Shown: positions 10,389-22,214 of the stretch, piece after piece | Numbering within the stretch: position 1 is the first letter of the stretch | Layout of the letters: the number at the start of each line of letters is the position of its first letter | From: Candidatus Hydrogenedentota bacterium | GTDB lineage: Bacteria; Hydrogenedentota; Hydrogenedentia; Hydrogenedentales; SLHB01 | NCBI GenBank assembly: GCA_963745075.1 | Contig: CAVUWV010000021.1 | Span: forward strand, 1-64,000 | Length of the DNA: 64,000 nt | Reading direction: 5' to 3' | Notes under the pieces: model-generated | What the model saw: the letters and a program-made list of their open reading frames with translations, nothing else | Told to the model about the DNA's origin: nothing | Database searches by the model: none | Position numbers and translations under genes: made by a program

Positions 10389-11438
10389 CTACATCCAGCC
10401 GTACTGTTTCTCAATGGCGTCGTGCGGTTGATACGAACGGGCCAACTCGTCGATCGGCGGACCGAGGATTTCCATCTGCTCCGCGTCGATTGCCCCCATA
10501 CTCGCCTCGGCGCAGAAGACCATGTAACCGATCTTGTGTGGATCAAACCCCATGAGTTGCGCACCGACACTATCCGCGGCGACCCAGTCCGTGCTGGCAA
10601 CGGCCACGTGGTGATCGACGGGCGTCCCGCCGATGGGGCCGTTGTGCTCCATCCCTTCGAATCCGTCCAACACCGTCAGATGCGGACGTAACCGCTGGGT
10701 CAACGAGAACAGGTTATAGTGAATGCCTTGGTTCTCGGGACCGCCGTGCACGATATGCTTGTCGCTGGTGCCTACGCTGCCTGCCCCCCACCGGTAGCCC
10801 TTGTCCTTGAGAATCCCGCCGACGGTTAGATTCTTGATCCCCAGCGTGACGACGGCCCGGTCGTGGGTTTTGAACGGCGCGGTGCTAATGACGAAAGCCT
10901 CCGGATCCTGCAGGAAACTCGAGTACCGCACCGGCACCGCGTGATGCCGTTCGTTCACGAGAAAGACTTTCTCGAAGGGCAAGTCGTCGAGATCCCTCAG
11001 TTGAATCCCATATTTCTCCACGACCGCCGGGTAACCATAGTTGTCGTACCCCTCGACCGTCGCCGCGTTCGCCGACGTTTCCGCGATGGTGATTTCCATG
11101 TCGGTAATTGGCCGGAGAAACTCGAAGATGCCTTCGAGGCACTCGGCGTGCGTGGCACACAATTGATTGTCGGTGTTGACAAGGTTGGGTTTGATGATGA
11201 TCCGTTTCTTCGTGGCGAGACCCGCGCGGATTTGCGGCTCGATGCGCTTCAGCACCTCGAGAATGTTCCCGGCCCGCGAATCGCTCTGACACAAAGCCAC
11301 CGGACTGCCCGGAGCCGCAGCCGCACGTACGGGTTGCGCTTTCAGCGCCCATGTCGCTGCCGCGATTCCTCCGGCCGCAAGGCCAATAAAGTTCCGTCGG
11401 CTCATTCCCCCGTTCCGACTAACCGTAGCTGCGTGCAT
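10389..11438 (-). CDS. Tat-exported DUF362-family protein
   Basis: 'SRRNFIG' twin-arginine signal; 'IIKPNLV', 'KTH...VTLGIKN', 'DGFEGMEHNGP', 'D.VA.D' DUF362 motifs. Confidence 0.82.
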   Translation of the reverse strand: MHAATVSRNGGMSRRNFIGLAAGGIAAATWALKAQPVRAAAAPGSPVALCQSDSRAGNILEVLKRIEPQIRAGLATKKRIIIKPNLVNTDNQLCATHAECLEGIFEFLRPITDMEITIAETSANAATVEGYDNYGYPAVVEKYGIQLRDLDDLPFEKVFLVNERHHAVPVRYSSFLQDPEAFVISTAPFKTHDRAVVTLGIKNLTVGGILKDKGYRWGAGSVGTSDKHIVHGGPENQGIHYNLFSLTQRLRPHLTVLDGFEGMEHNGPIGGTPVDHHVAVASTDWVAADSVGAQLMGFDPHKIGYMVFCAEASMGAIDAEQMEILGPPIDELARSYQPHDAIEKQYGWM

Positions 11439-11517
11439 ATCCCCCGTCCTTTCCCCTCATCGGACTGTGAGGTCCCCGCGTCCGTTTCCGGACTTATGAA
11501 CAGATTACCACAGATTA

Positions 11518-11657
11518 GCCACACTGGGAGCGCCAGGCACCAGCCTGGCGAGAATTCGGAGCCAAATCATCGAGACCGCACGGTTGCAGCCGGTAGTATG
11601 GTGGTCGGTACCTACTTCAACTGCCGCCAGGCTGGTGCCTGGCGCTCCCAGTGTGGC
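11518..11657. repeat. REPIN-like element: perfect 33-bp inverted repeat (GGGAG-type REP)
   Basis: 11518-11550 gccacactgggagcgccaggcaccagcctggcg is the exact reverse complement of 11625-11657; each arm holds an internal palindrome. Confidence 0.9.
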
Positions 11658-11728
11658 CCTACCAGTGTGGCCCGTGCCCCGATCTTCCGCGTCCTCTATA
11701 ATGGCTGAATGACAACGAGGAGGTCCGC

Positions 11729-13732
11729 ATGCATCGTCGTATCATTGCCGTATTCATTTTCGCATTGATTGGTTTGCAACCCACGTTCGCCCAGGATACG
11801 CTGGCGGATCTCGCCCTGTCCGATTCCGGCCGGCTTGAACGGCTGTTCGGGGAGCTGAATCTGGATGCCCCTGCGTTGTCCGATGTTCGGGAAGCCGCAA
11901 GCCATCAGAATTGGACCGCCGCCTGCGAAGCGTTGCTTGAGTACTACAAACACGTGGAGAACCCCGCCTTCCCCACGCCCACCGACAAACCGGCGCGGAA
12001 CAACGCCGCGATCGCCCGGGCCGACGCGGTACTAAACGACACGTTTACCTTCTACGACCAGACGGCCACGGTGCCGCGTCGTCCCGACGGCGGGCTGCAA
12101 TGGGATTTCACGGGCCCGGAGAACGACAAGGAATGGGCCTGGGCTCTGAACCGGCATTTCCATTTGGACTGGCTGCTGCAAGCATATGAAATGACCGGCG
12201 ATTCGAAATACGCAGCCGCGTGGGACGCCTCCGTGCGCGATTGGATTCTGCAGAATCCGTATGCGGAGCCCAATCAAAATCCCCTCGTCTGGCGCGGCCT
12301 GGAAACGTTCTTTCGCGTGCGCGCTTGGGCACACGGATTCTACGCCCTGCAGGACGAGCCCGCATTCACGCCCGCAACCCGAATCCTCCTCCTGTCGAGT
12401 GTCCCGGACCACGCGCGGTACTTGCGCAACTTTCACCAACAGACGGGCAATTGGATCACCATGGAGTTGAATGGCCTCGCGACGGCCGGGGTCGCATGGC
12501 CGGAATTCCGCGGTGCGGACGCGTGGGTCGATTACAGTGTCCAGCGCTTGACGAAGGAATTGAACGCGCAGGTCTACCCCGACGGCGCGCAGATGGAATT
12601 GACGTCCAGCTACCACCGCGTCACCCTCGTCAATTTCCAGTCCATAAGCGATCTCCTGAAACCGGCCAAGTTCCCATTGCCGGAAGCGTTCCCGAAAACC
12701 ATCGAGAACATGTGGAACTACCTCGCGTATACACTCCGGCCTTCCGGATACTCACCGCTCAACAACGACTCCGACCTCGACCTCAATGGTCCGCGGTTGG
12801 CGGCGCAAGCAAAGACCTTCAAGCGGCCCGACTGGGCATACATCGCATCCAACGGAACGGAGGGATCCAAACCGGAGGGGCTCCCATCCCGCGCCTTCCC
12901 CTGGGCGGGGCAACTGGTCATGCGCAGTGGTTGGGACCGCGACGCGCAATGGGCCTTCTTCGATGCGGGCCCCATGGGGATCGGTCACTACCACAACGAC
13001 AAGTTACATCTATCCGTGTCCGCCTTCGGCCGGGACATTCTCGTTGATGGCGGACGCTACACCTATGTCGGCGGCGACTGGCGCCGGTACTTCACCGGGT
13101 CCGCCAGCCACAACGTGATCCTCGTCGACGGCCACGGCCAGAATGAATTGCGCGCTGAAAGCCGAGCAGCCGATCGATAAACAACTCGTGACGACGCCCG
13201 AATACGATCTCGGATACGGCAAGTTCGACAGCGGCTTCATCAACGTTGACGGCGAAGTCGCCCACGAACGTCTCGTCTACTACAAACGCGGTGAGTACTG
13301 GATCGTCGTCGACCGCATCACCACCGATCGACCACGCGATATCACGGCGCTCTGGCACTTCCATCCCGACTGTTCTGTATCCATCAAGGGCAGACTGCGG
13401 CAAGCACGGACGCCGACAAGGGCAATATCCGCATCGTGCCCTCAAGCGGCCCGCAATGGGACGTGAACCTCGATAGTCGGTCAGGAGAAACCCGAGATTC
13501 AGGGTTGGTGGAGTCGCGAGTACAACCACAAAGCCCCCGCCACTACCGCCACTTACAGATCGCAGCATTGAAGAGTCGCCACATTCGCGTGGCTGATCGT
13601 CCCGGCAAAAGGCATGCCGCCGGAGGCGAAGCTTGAGATGACCTCCAACGGGAACAAGGTGAATTGCAACGTGTCCTTCGGCAACGCAAAGGACACCGAT
13701 CCAATCGTACTTCTCGGAAAGACCGCGCGTGA
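11729..13732 (+). CDS. Heparinase II/III / alginate-lyase-like secreted polysaccharide lyase (several frameshifts in the 3' part)
   Basis: 'GNWITME', 'QVYPDGAQMELTSSYH', 'MRSGW', 'GHYHNDKLH', 'SASHNVILVDG'; continues in other frames 13143-13732 ('YWIVVD..WHFHP', 'IQGWWSREY'). Confidence 0.8.
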
Positions 13733-13733
13733 A

Positions 13734-14445
13734 ATGATTATCCATCGTCACTCGTCCCGATTACTCAAAGTGAGCGCGACATGCTTCTGCCTCGCCCTCG
13801 TGATTTGTCTCATCCAATGGATATGGTTTCCGTCGTTTCCGAAACTTGGTGCATTCAACTTCTTCGGGTTTATATTGGTGGCAGACACACAATATGCTCC
13901 TGATTTCATCCGTTGTCATGGGACCGAATCGAGGTGGGGGATTCGGAAGAAAATTGTACACCCGATTCGGACAGCCTTTGGTAAAGGGGGACCAATCATG
14001 GATCTATGACTGGACCTACGACGATCTCGGTCTGATGATCACGTTGATGGCCGCGCCCCGGCGGTGGAAGGGTTATAAGCAGGTACGGACACCCGACTTC
14101 GGGCAGTCCAACGTGGAACTGAGAAAACATTGGGTGACCATTCGTCCGTTAAAAACGACGGACCTTTTTGTGGTACAGCACACCCCAAGGAGGGTTCGGC
14201 AATGGCGACTACATTCAGTTTATAGTTGGCGTAGATCCTACGATGAAGAAGGTAGTCTGGAAACACCTGGATTACTACGGCGACTAGCACCGGCTATTCT
14301 GCTCTGGCTCGCATATGGTCGCTTTCTTGCAGAAGCGAGAAGCGCACACCATAACGGGCACGACTTACCCGCATCCTCGCTTGCACATATCCAGGCACGC
14401 CTGACACGTCCGAAACGGGCCCTGAAAGCGCCCCCGCAACCCTAG
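13734..14445 (+). CDS. Hypothetical membrane-anchored protein, probably frameshifted
   Basis: ATG 13734 followed by a hydrophobic helix; overlapping ORFs 13614-14009 and 13846-14445. Boundaries uncertain. Confidence 0.3.
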
Positions 14446-14586
14446 CCAGGGGCGAAGCCCCTGGAGAACTTGACCGCCCAAGGAACGAGCCCTGTAGGGG
14501 CGTCGCAACATTTCACACCAGACCGATACGCCCATTTCGGGCTCGTTCACGGGGGCATCGGCGGCCAAGGGCCTCGCCCCTGGCCG
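14417..14586. repeat. REP-like multi-hairpin element (GCCCTGAAAG..., CCAGGGGCGAAGCCCCTGG family)
   Basis: Series of short palindromes; a related copy lies at 43952-44036. Confidence 0.65.
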
Positions 14587-14633
14587 TTCGTTTAGTTTGA
14601 ATCTATGAGTTGCCTATTTACAGGTGCGATGGT

Positions 14634-14734
14634 CAAAGTAGACGCGGCTTCCCGCCGCGTTGTTTCTTTCCCTCTCCGTCGCAACTACTGGCGCTTCTAT
14701 AGAATTAACGCGGCTGGAAGCCGCGTCTACTTTG
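14634..14734. repeat. REPIN-like element: 28-bp inverted repeat with GTAG-type REP
   Basis: 14634-14661 and 14707-14734 match at 27/28 as reverse complements; GTAG precedes the ACGCGGC..GCCGCGT palindrome. Confidence 0.88.
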
Positions 14735-14924
14735 GCCCCCTCATTTGGTTCTGAATTGCATCGTGATGGCATTTCCTGGCTTGCAAATTGGATTGAAATG
14801 GACCACTAGGGTTACCACTATCGTTTGGTGTATTATAGGTTGTTAGGGGCATTACTCGGATTCCTCTCCGGCACGCGCTGGGCAATGGCGCGTTTGCCGC
14901 CGAGCACCATGGGGGAAACGAGCA

Positions 14925-15746
14925 ATGAAAACGGCCTTTCATTCTGCCTGTCTGGTCACCCTTGGCATTGCAACGGTAACTATCACCGGTTGCCCTATTC
15001 TGATCCCGGGCCAGACAAACACCTTCGACGATATCCAATTTCAGTGGTGCCCGAACGGAACGTTCCTGATGGGGAGTCCTTCCGATGAAGACGGACGGTA
15101 CGACGACGAGACCCAGCACGAAGTCACGATCTCCGAAGGCTTCTGGCTGGGCAAGTACGAAGTGACCCAGGCCCAGTGGGTCGAAATCATGGGCAGTAAT
15201 CCGCTCCTGGACTATTTCCCGTCCGATTATCCCCTGGTCGGCGACGATCTGCCCGTCGTCATGGTGAGTTGGAATGATGTGCAGGACTTCCTTACGGAAT
15301 TGAACGACCGCACCACAGGCGCGACCTACCGGCTACCAACGGAAGCGGAATGGGAGTATGCCTGCCGCGCAGGCACGACTACCCGCTTTCCCTGGGGCGA
15401 CGACCCCGCGTTGACCGATATCGGCGATTACTGCTGGTATAGCCAGAATTCCGGCTACCTCATGTATCCCGGCGGCGAGAAACTGCCGAACAACTGGGGT
15501 CTGTACGACATGTGCGGCAACGTCAACGAATGGTGCCAGGACTGGTACGGGGACTACCCCACGACCGCCGTGACGGACCCCCAAGGCCCGCCCATGGGTA
15601 ATGACAAAGTAGGGCGCGGTGGATCCCAGCAGGTATCCGCCGCGGACTGCCGCCCGGCCCGCCGGGGCCATGGCATCGAGTCTGGCTCGGCGGCGACGTC
15701 GGATTTCGCATCCTGCGTAAGGCGAATTTCCAGCGCGGTCCCTTGA
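14925..15746 (+). CDS. FGE-sulfatase (SUMF1/EgtB/PvdO) domain lipoprotein; true C-terminus probably shifted
   Basis: Lipobox ITG-CP; 'FLMGS', 'YEVTQAQW', 'RLPTEAEWEYACRAG', 'NNWGLYDMCGNVNEWC'. The expected terminal 'GFRI' motif is in another frame near 15700. Confidence 0.88.
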   Translation: MKTAFHSACLVTLGIATVTITGCPILIPGQTNTFDDIQFQWCPNGTFLMGSPSDEDGRYDDETQHEVTISEGFWLGKYEVTQAQWVEIMGSNPLLDYFPSDYPLVGDDLPVVMVSWNDVQDFLTELNDRTTGATYRLPTEAEWEYACRAGTTTRFPWGDDPALTDIGDYCWYSQNSGYLMYPGGEKLPNNWGLYDMCGNVNEWCQDWYGDYPTTAVTDPQGPPMGNDKVGRGGSQQVSAADCRPARRGHGIESGSAATSDFASCVRRISSAVP

Positions 15747-15801
15747 CCCCAGGGCGACTCTTCCGACTTCCCCTGTTGGGCCGGCGACCAAACGGTTGAC
15801 C

Positions 15802-16302
15802 TTATTTGTTGTTAATGGTGATGGAAACGGACGTCTCCGAGTCCCCCGTATTGACGACTACCGCCAATTGCCGGTCATCCTTCGTATAACTCAACATGAC
15901 CATTTGGGGCTGGGTCATCGTCGTGTCTTCCACCCATCCGTTCTTGACGGCCTGCTCTTTGTAGAAGGCGGCGACTTTGTCCTGCGCATCGCCGGTCGTA
16001 CCTTGGACGGAAAAGCCGTCGCCCGTTGCAATCGCCGAGGCCAGCTTCAGACCCGTGTACACCGGAACGTCTTTCGGCCAGTTATCCGGCAGCTTCGTGC
16101 CCTCACCGAAACTCATCGCGCCATCTTGTGTCGTGATCTGCATCGAATCCGAGTCAATCTTTACGTCCGCATTCTGTCCTTGCGCTTTCATCCCCGCTTC
16201 AATCGCGTGTTCCGCGACCGTATCGGATGCCTTTTGACCGCAACCCGCGGTAAGCCCGGCGAGTAGAGCCGCCACAACAACCCACATACATACATGCTGC
16301 AT
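15802..16302 (-). CDS. Small lipoprotein
   Basis: ATG 16302 after GGAGG; lipobox LTAG-C; 'LPDNWPKDVPVY' motif. Confidence 0.75.
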   Translation of the reverse strand: MQHVCMWVVVAALLAGLTAGCGQKASDTVAEHAIEAGMKAQGQNADVKIDSDSMQITTQDGAMSFGEGTKLPDNWPKDVPVYTGLKLASAIATGDGFSVQGTTGDAQDKVAAFYKEQAVKNGWVEDTTMTQPQMVMLSYTKDDRQLAVVVNTGDSETSVSITINNK

Positions 16303-16583
16303 GGTACACCTCCTTTGATTTGTCCGGACCGACGTTGCGGTTGCTCCGCAAGCTCCGGCGACAGCCTCGTAAACTGTTCCCAACACAATCGACCCTTCGA
16401 TGGCATATGGTACTTCGGTCCCGAGTGCCCAAACAATCGCCCGTTTTAGACTCGATTGACTAATGGTCCGGCCTGAATATCGTATCCCACCCCGTCAAGG
16501 TCCCGCGACCATAAACTGCACACTCTTCCCCCCGGCGCCGACTGTATACTAGAAGCAGTCAAAAACGAACCGGGAGCGGACTT

Positions 16584-18667
16584 GTGGAACCGGATATCCA
16601 ATTACTGGAGCGTTGGTGGACTCGCCGCGACGCGGAGGCGTTCAACGCAGTCGTGACGCGATACTCCGGTTTGGTCTACGCCGCGTGCCTACGAATCCTT
16701 GCGAACCCTTCCGAAGCCGAAGACGTGGCCCAGGAATGCTTCGTCCGCTTGGCGGAGCGCCGCGCAGATATCCGGACGTCGCTGGCCGGCTGGCTTCACC
16801 GCGTGGCGACGCGCCGGGCGGTGGACGCCTACCGGTCGGCGGAGCGGCGCCGGTTACGAGAGAAGCGTTACGCGGAAGCGTCCGAGTCGCACTATACCGC
16901 GCGGACGATCTGACGTGGACGGAAATCCGGGACATGGTGGACGAGGCCATCGAGCCCTGCCGGATGACCAACGCGTTGTCATCGTCGCTCATTTCCTTGC
17001 AGCGCCGTACACACCAGGCTATCGCGGAGGACTTGGGCATTTCCCGCCGCACGGTGATAAATCGAATTCAACGAGGCATCGAGGGTACCGGAGGTTGCTG
17101 ACAAAACGTGGTGTTGTCGTCGCCGAGGCCGCGCTGGCCACGCTGTTGGGGAGCCGTGTCGTTGAAGCAACACCGGTTGGCTTCGCCTCAGCTCTCGGAC
17201 GTCTCGCCTTGGCCGGCACCGTTGGCAAAGGAGCACCGGTTGCAACCGCAACGGGAATTCTTGGGGGATCGATTCTGATGAACAAAGCGCTTATCGGTGT
17301 CGCCACAATAGTCATCACGGCGCTCATCGCATGGTACTGTCACGAGCCGACCGTACATGCCGCTTAACCCAGTCCAGCCTGCGCCCGCGGCCCTCGCGCA
17401 GCCCGAGTCCACGCCATCCGAAACCATCTCGACGATTCATCCGGTCGATACCTCGCAACTCGCCGACACCTTGGAAGCCACGCTCGGTTCCGCGCAAGCG
17501 TCGGCCCAAACAAATGAACCGGCATCGGAAGGCGCCGTCGTCGAAGGCATCGTACGCAATCAGTCCGGCACGCCGGTCGCGGGAGCAACCATCCATATCG
17601 CGGAAAAACCCACGCAAGATACTGTCTTGGGTAAACCGCCGGTAGCGCGAACCGGAACGGACGGCCGGTTTCGCGTGACCCACGTCAATCCGGAGGTCCG
17701 CACGGTCTTCGCGGATCACCCCGACTACGCGCCGGGCTGGTCCGGGATCAAACCGAATTCCGATGCGACCGTACAAGTCGAGATCCTCCTGACGCAAGGC
17801 GGCGCAATCGAGGGAGTGGTGACGTCCGGCGGCGAGCCTCAAGCCAACGCGTTCGTGGGTGCATGGCTTGACGCCTCAGGAGAAAACGCCCAAACCGATG
17901 AGGAGGGTCGATACCGCATTGAACGCGTACCCATGGGCGAATGGATTGTAGTCCTCATTCTAAAAGACACCGACGGAGTCCAGCGTGAAGCGAGACAATC
18001 GGTCCTGGTTTCGAACGGCATGGTGACGAACGTCGACTTCAACGTACCCCCGCCCGTCACCGATTTGACCGGCACGATAACCGTTCGCGGTGAACCAGTT
18101 GAAGGGGGTGATGCCAGTCTCCTCGTCAGCACGCCCCAGGGCCTCAAGGAACAGCGAAGGGTATCGTTGAACGATGACGGAAAGTACCTCGTGCAACGTG
18201 TGCCCGAAGGTCCCGCGGAGTTGGCGATACACGCGATTACCCACAATCATAGACACTATTTCCGGACCGCACGTTTCGAGATTACGGCGAATGTACCCAA
18301 TGTTCGAGATATCGACATCACACCGGGAACCGGTGTCGTGAGCGGAGCCGTGAAACTCGACAAGCCCGCCACGAGCGGATACATCATGCTGCTGGAGGGC
18401 GAATTCGATCCCGTCGACATGTCGCGAGAAGCGTTTCTATATGTCGACTCGCGAAGGGTGGCCATGTCTCCCCAGGTGGACAGATCCTATCGGTTCGATG
18501 AGATTGAACCGGGAACGTATACGCTCCTGGCCCTCATTTACCCTGACGAGAGCGAGATCTCAAATACCGCCGACCCATTGAGTAACGCGCTTATCGATCT
18601 TCAACCGGTAGTCCTGGCGGATGGTGAGGAACGCACGATCGATCTTCACCCTACGCGCGTTCCGTAG
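16584..18667 (+). CDS. ECF sigma-70 factor fused via a TM helix to carboxypeptidase-regulatory-like beta domains (split by frameshifts)
   Basis: Sigma region 2 'DAEAFNAVVTRYSGLVYAAC...AEDVAQECF...GWLHRVA' (16584-); region 4 'HQAIAEDLGISRRTVINRI'; TM 'ALIGVATIVITALIAWY'; repeats 'VEGIVRNQSGTPVAGA', 'TDEEGRYRIERVP' (17357-18667). Confidence 0.75.
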
Positions 18668-18757
18668 TACCGGAGCGGGCTACGTCCCGACCTTGTAGTT
18701 CGTACGAATTCAAACTATTATGCGGTCCCAACCAATCAGCAACGCAGGGATCGCATC

Positions 18758-19549
18758 ATGATCGAACGACATCCGCACGGACAGATTACAGTAGAGGTTC
18801 GCGGCCATACGCTGCTCATGGGAATCGACCGCGTTGAGAAGCGCAACGGGTTCACGCCCAAGATGGTCCACGAACTTACGGACGCCTACAACGCGCTCGA
18901 ACACGACGATGCATTGTGGTGCGGCGTCGTTTTCGCCCACGGCGACCATTTCACGGCGGGACTCGACCTGCCCCTCTTCGCCGAGAGCTTCGCCAACAAC
19001 GAAAACCACTTCACGGGGAAAGGCGTCGACGTGCTGGGGCTCGAGAAGAAGTGCAGCAAACCCATCGTGTGTGCCGTCCAAGGCATCACCTACACCCTCG
19101 GCATCGAACTCATGCTCGCCTGCGACATCGTCGTCGCGGCGAACGATTGCCGGTTCTCGCAACTCGAACCCAAGCGCGGCATCATGGCCGTCGGCGGCGC
19201 GACCATGCGCTTTGTCCAGCGCTGCGGCTGGGGCAACGCCATGTACCACCTCCTCACCGCCGACGAATTCAACGCGGAAGAAGCCTATCGAATCGGCCTC
19301 GTGCAGGAAGTTGTCGAGCCCGGCGTTCAGGTGGAGCGCGCCATAGAACTCGCCGATACCATCAACGCCTGCGCCCCCCTTGCCATCCGCGCCACCATCG
19401 CCTCCTCCCGCCTCTACTTGGAGCAAGGAGAACGCGCCGCCTACGAGCAGTTCGGTCCCACCCAGGCCGGGCTCGGCCAAACCGAAGACTTCCAGGAAGG
19501 TATCCAGTCGTTTGTTGAGCGACGCAAAGCGGAGTTCAAAGGAAAATAG
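18758..19549 (+). CDS. Crotonase / enoyl-CoA hydratase family protein
   Basis: 'FTAGLDL', 'KPIVCAVQG', 'GIELMLACDI', 'EPKRGI', C-terminal 'EGIQSFVERRKAEFKGK'. Confidence 0.92.
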   Translation: MIERHPHGQITVEVRGHTLLMGIDRVEKRNGFTPKMVHELTDAYNALEHDDALWCGVVFAHGDHFTAGLDLPLFAESFANNENHFTGKGVDVLGLEKKCSKPIVCAVQGITYTLGIELMLACDIVVAANDCRFSQLEPKRGIMAVGGATMRFVQRCGWGNAMYHLLTADEFNAEEAYRIGLVQEVVEPGVQVERAIELADTINACAPLAIRATIASSRLYLEQGERAAYEQFGPTQAGLGQTEDFQEGIQSFVERRKAEFKGK

Positions 19550-20189
19550 AATTCCGGTCGCTTACGTGCAATGTCGTTCGGACTGCAATCGAAAATCCTG
19601 TGCATCATCTCAGCGGCTGCGTCCGTAACACGTTATGCACGAGTTACCGGCCCGGCCCCGTGTAACGCACTCGGCGCATGCGGGTAACAGTCTCTAGGTT
19701 GTTCATTGGAGACGTGTCGCAACCGGTGTCGACTTTCGGACTGAAACTCCATGCTGCACATCAAGTCGTGCTGGGGCCGACGCCGGAGAAACCATGTACT
19801 ATTGAATTCTGGACTTTTCTACGTCAGACTAGTCTACGGTCTTAGCGCACACTGAATCTGCGGCACCCGTGAGCAGGAGACTGCTGTCAATGGGTCGATC
19901 GAGATTAACCGCAGTACCACGCCAATGGCGTGCCTCATCGGGATTCCCGAAGCGTGTCCGTCGTAGTACCCGGTTTGTGCTCCGCCAAATCGAGTACGAA
20001 GGGTGCACCGGTGAATCGTATGCTCCGTTGCCCGGTTCGCAGGCGGTTACCCGAATTAACAAGTCGCGATCCACCAGCTACGAGACATATCCCACGCGAC
20101 TTCACCAATTCACCGATCCGTAGTACCTCGCCCGCCGTCGCCTTGCTCTCCAACGTAGAACGGCATGTGCCGAACCTGGGAGATACGAA

Positions 20190-20981
20190 ATGAACGCATC
20201 AACACGAAGCTACATCTTGCTCGCGGTAGTTCTGCTCATCACGGCGCTGGTCCCCATTTTCGGGTGTCCCGTCCCCGGACAGGGACAAAACAATCTGCAA
20301 AGTCGCGTGGAAGATCTGGAAGCGCAGGTGGCGGCACTCGAAGCGAAACTCGCCTATGTAACCATTCAAGAAGGCAAGATCAATAAACTCTCCGGACCGC
20401 ACATGATCATCGAAGGGTGCAACGTACACGTGCGCAGTGGCAGCGGGAACACGGACGACAATGACAGCCTGACCGGCTTGGGAAATCTCATCATCGGGTA
20501 CAACGAACCGACCACCGTGTTCAGAAACGGACGTACGGGTTCGCACAACCTCGTGGTCGGGCCGGGGCACGCGTACACCAGCTATGGTGGATTGGTGGCG
20601 GGATCGAAAAACTCGGTTACCGGTGAGTCGGCCAGCGTCAGTGGTGGGGAAGGAAACCTGGCCAGTGGGGATGCCTCCAGCATCAGCGGGGGAAGGGACG
20701 GTCAGGCTACCAGTTACTGGGCGAGCGTTGCCGGAGGTTGGAACAATACGGCCAGCGGTCCCTATGCAAGTGTCTCCGGCGGTTCCGTCAACGAAGCAAG
20801 CGCCCAAGATGCCCACGTCAGCGGCGGCAACTCCAATACGGCCAGCGGCGAGGCGTCCAGCGTGAACGGCGGCAACGACAACACGGCCAGCGGCGGTGCA
20901 TCCACCGTCGGCGGCGGCCGGGCCCGCACCGCATCCGGCCCCCATGATTGGGTGGCCGGAACGCTGTTCGAGACCGAGTAA
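20190..20981 (+). CDS. Lipoprotein with coiled coil and 14-aa SVSGG-x-N-x-ASG beta-repeats (paralog 1)
   Basis: Lipobox IFG-CP; heptad 'LQSRVEDLEAQVAALEAKL'; tandem SVSGG repeats. Confidence 0.8.
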   Translation: MNASTRSYILLAVVLLITALVPIFGCPVPGQGQNNLQSRVEDLEAQVAALEAKLAYVTIQEGKINKLSGPHMIIEGCNVHVRSGSGNTDDNDSLTGLGNLIIGYNEPTTVFRNGRTGSHNLVVGPGHAYTSYGGLVAGSKNSVTGESASVSGGEGNLASGDASSISGGRDGQATSYWASVAGGWNNTASGPYASVSGGSVNEASAQDAHVSGGNSNTASGEASSVNGGNDNTASGGASTVGGGRARTASGPHDWVAGTLFETE

Positions 20982-21066
20982 ATGACACGCCTCACAGACG
21001 TGTGTACTCGGATTCGTTACGCGCATTCACGGCCGCGGCAACTGATAAGAAAGAAGGAGAAATAAA

Positions 21067-22006
21067 ATGACGGGACTTTTTCGCAGTCGCAATCCGATTC
21101 TATCGCTCCTGCTAACTATCGCGCTGATTCCGCTGTTTGGTTGTCCCCAAAACCAGGGTGACCTGGAAAGCCGGGTCGAGGCGCTGGAAACGGCCCTCGC
21201 CACGACCCAGTCGGACCTGGCGGAAGCCCAGGCAAAACTGGCGTACGTCAGCATTCAGCAAGGTTCCATGAACGGCGTGAACGGGCCTCACATGATCATC
21301 GAAGGCTGCAATCTGCACGTTCGCAGCGGAAGCGGCGCTACGGATGACAACGCCAACTTGACCGGACTTGGGAATCTCATCATCGGGTATAACGAACAGC
21401 CCACCATGGTCACCTACGGACGTTCTCGGTTCGCACAACCTCGTGGTTGGAACGGAGCATGAGTACTCCAGCTACGGGGGCTTCGTTGCAGGGGCGTTCA
21501 ATGCCATAACCGGTGATTTCGCGTCCGTCAGTGGTGGTAACAACAACATGGCGAGCGGCAATTGGTCGAGCGTAAGTGGGGGCGCCAACAATATCGCCAG
21601 CGGAACCTACTCCAGCGTCAGTGGCGGCGGGGCAAACGACGCGAATGCGGGTTTTTCCAGCGTCAGTGGCGGTGTCGGGAACACGGCCAGTGGAAGCCAA
21701 TCCCATGTCTGCGGTGGCGAAACAAACGAGGCCAGCGGAATCAGCTCCAACGTCAGCGGCGGCAATACCAATACAGCAAGCGGCGTCGCTTCCAGCATCA
21801 GTGGCGGGTACGAAAACACGGCCAGCTTCAATGTTTCCAGCGTCAGCGGCGGGCACGCAAACACGGCCAGCGCAATTGGCTCCAGCGTTAGTGGGGGCGA
21901 CAGCAATACAGCCAGCGGTTCGCATTCTAGCGTCAGCGGCGGGGCCAACCGCTCCGCGACCGACCCCGACGATTGGGTCGCGGGAAGTCTTTTCGAAAAC
22001 TTCTGA
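21067..22006 (+). CDS. Lipoprotein with coiled coil and 14-aa beta-repeats (paralog 2; one frameshift near 21424)
   Basis: ORFs 21067-21462 and 21368-22006 join at 'YGR/LGSHNLVVG', colinear with paralog 1, and end in the shared 'DWVAG.LFE'. Confidence 0.8.
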
Positions 22007-22214
22007 CCGCAACTTGTGATATGTTTTGAACGGACACGGGCATGGGGACTATCCATGGTTCCCACGCCCGTGTCCACACCTTTCTTCCGCATCGCAAAAG
22101 ACGGTTTCGCGCTGGGGCATCGTGCCCAGTCGGCGAAGCAACGCCATCCGAACTGCCTTGCACACGAGCATGCGAGCCGCTACAGTTGAGCCCCACGCAA
22201 CGAGGGAAGACGCC

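Noticed and set aside
20600..21960. 42-bp periodic DNA repeats as a CRISPR array
   Set aside because: They are degenerate in-frame coding repeats, with no constant repeat/unique spacer pattern and no cas genes.
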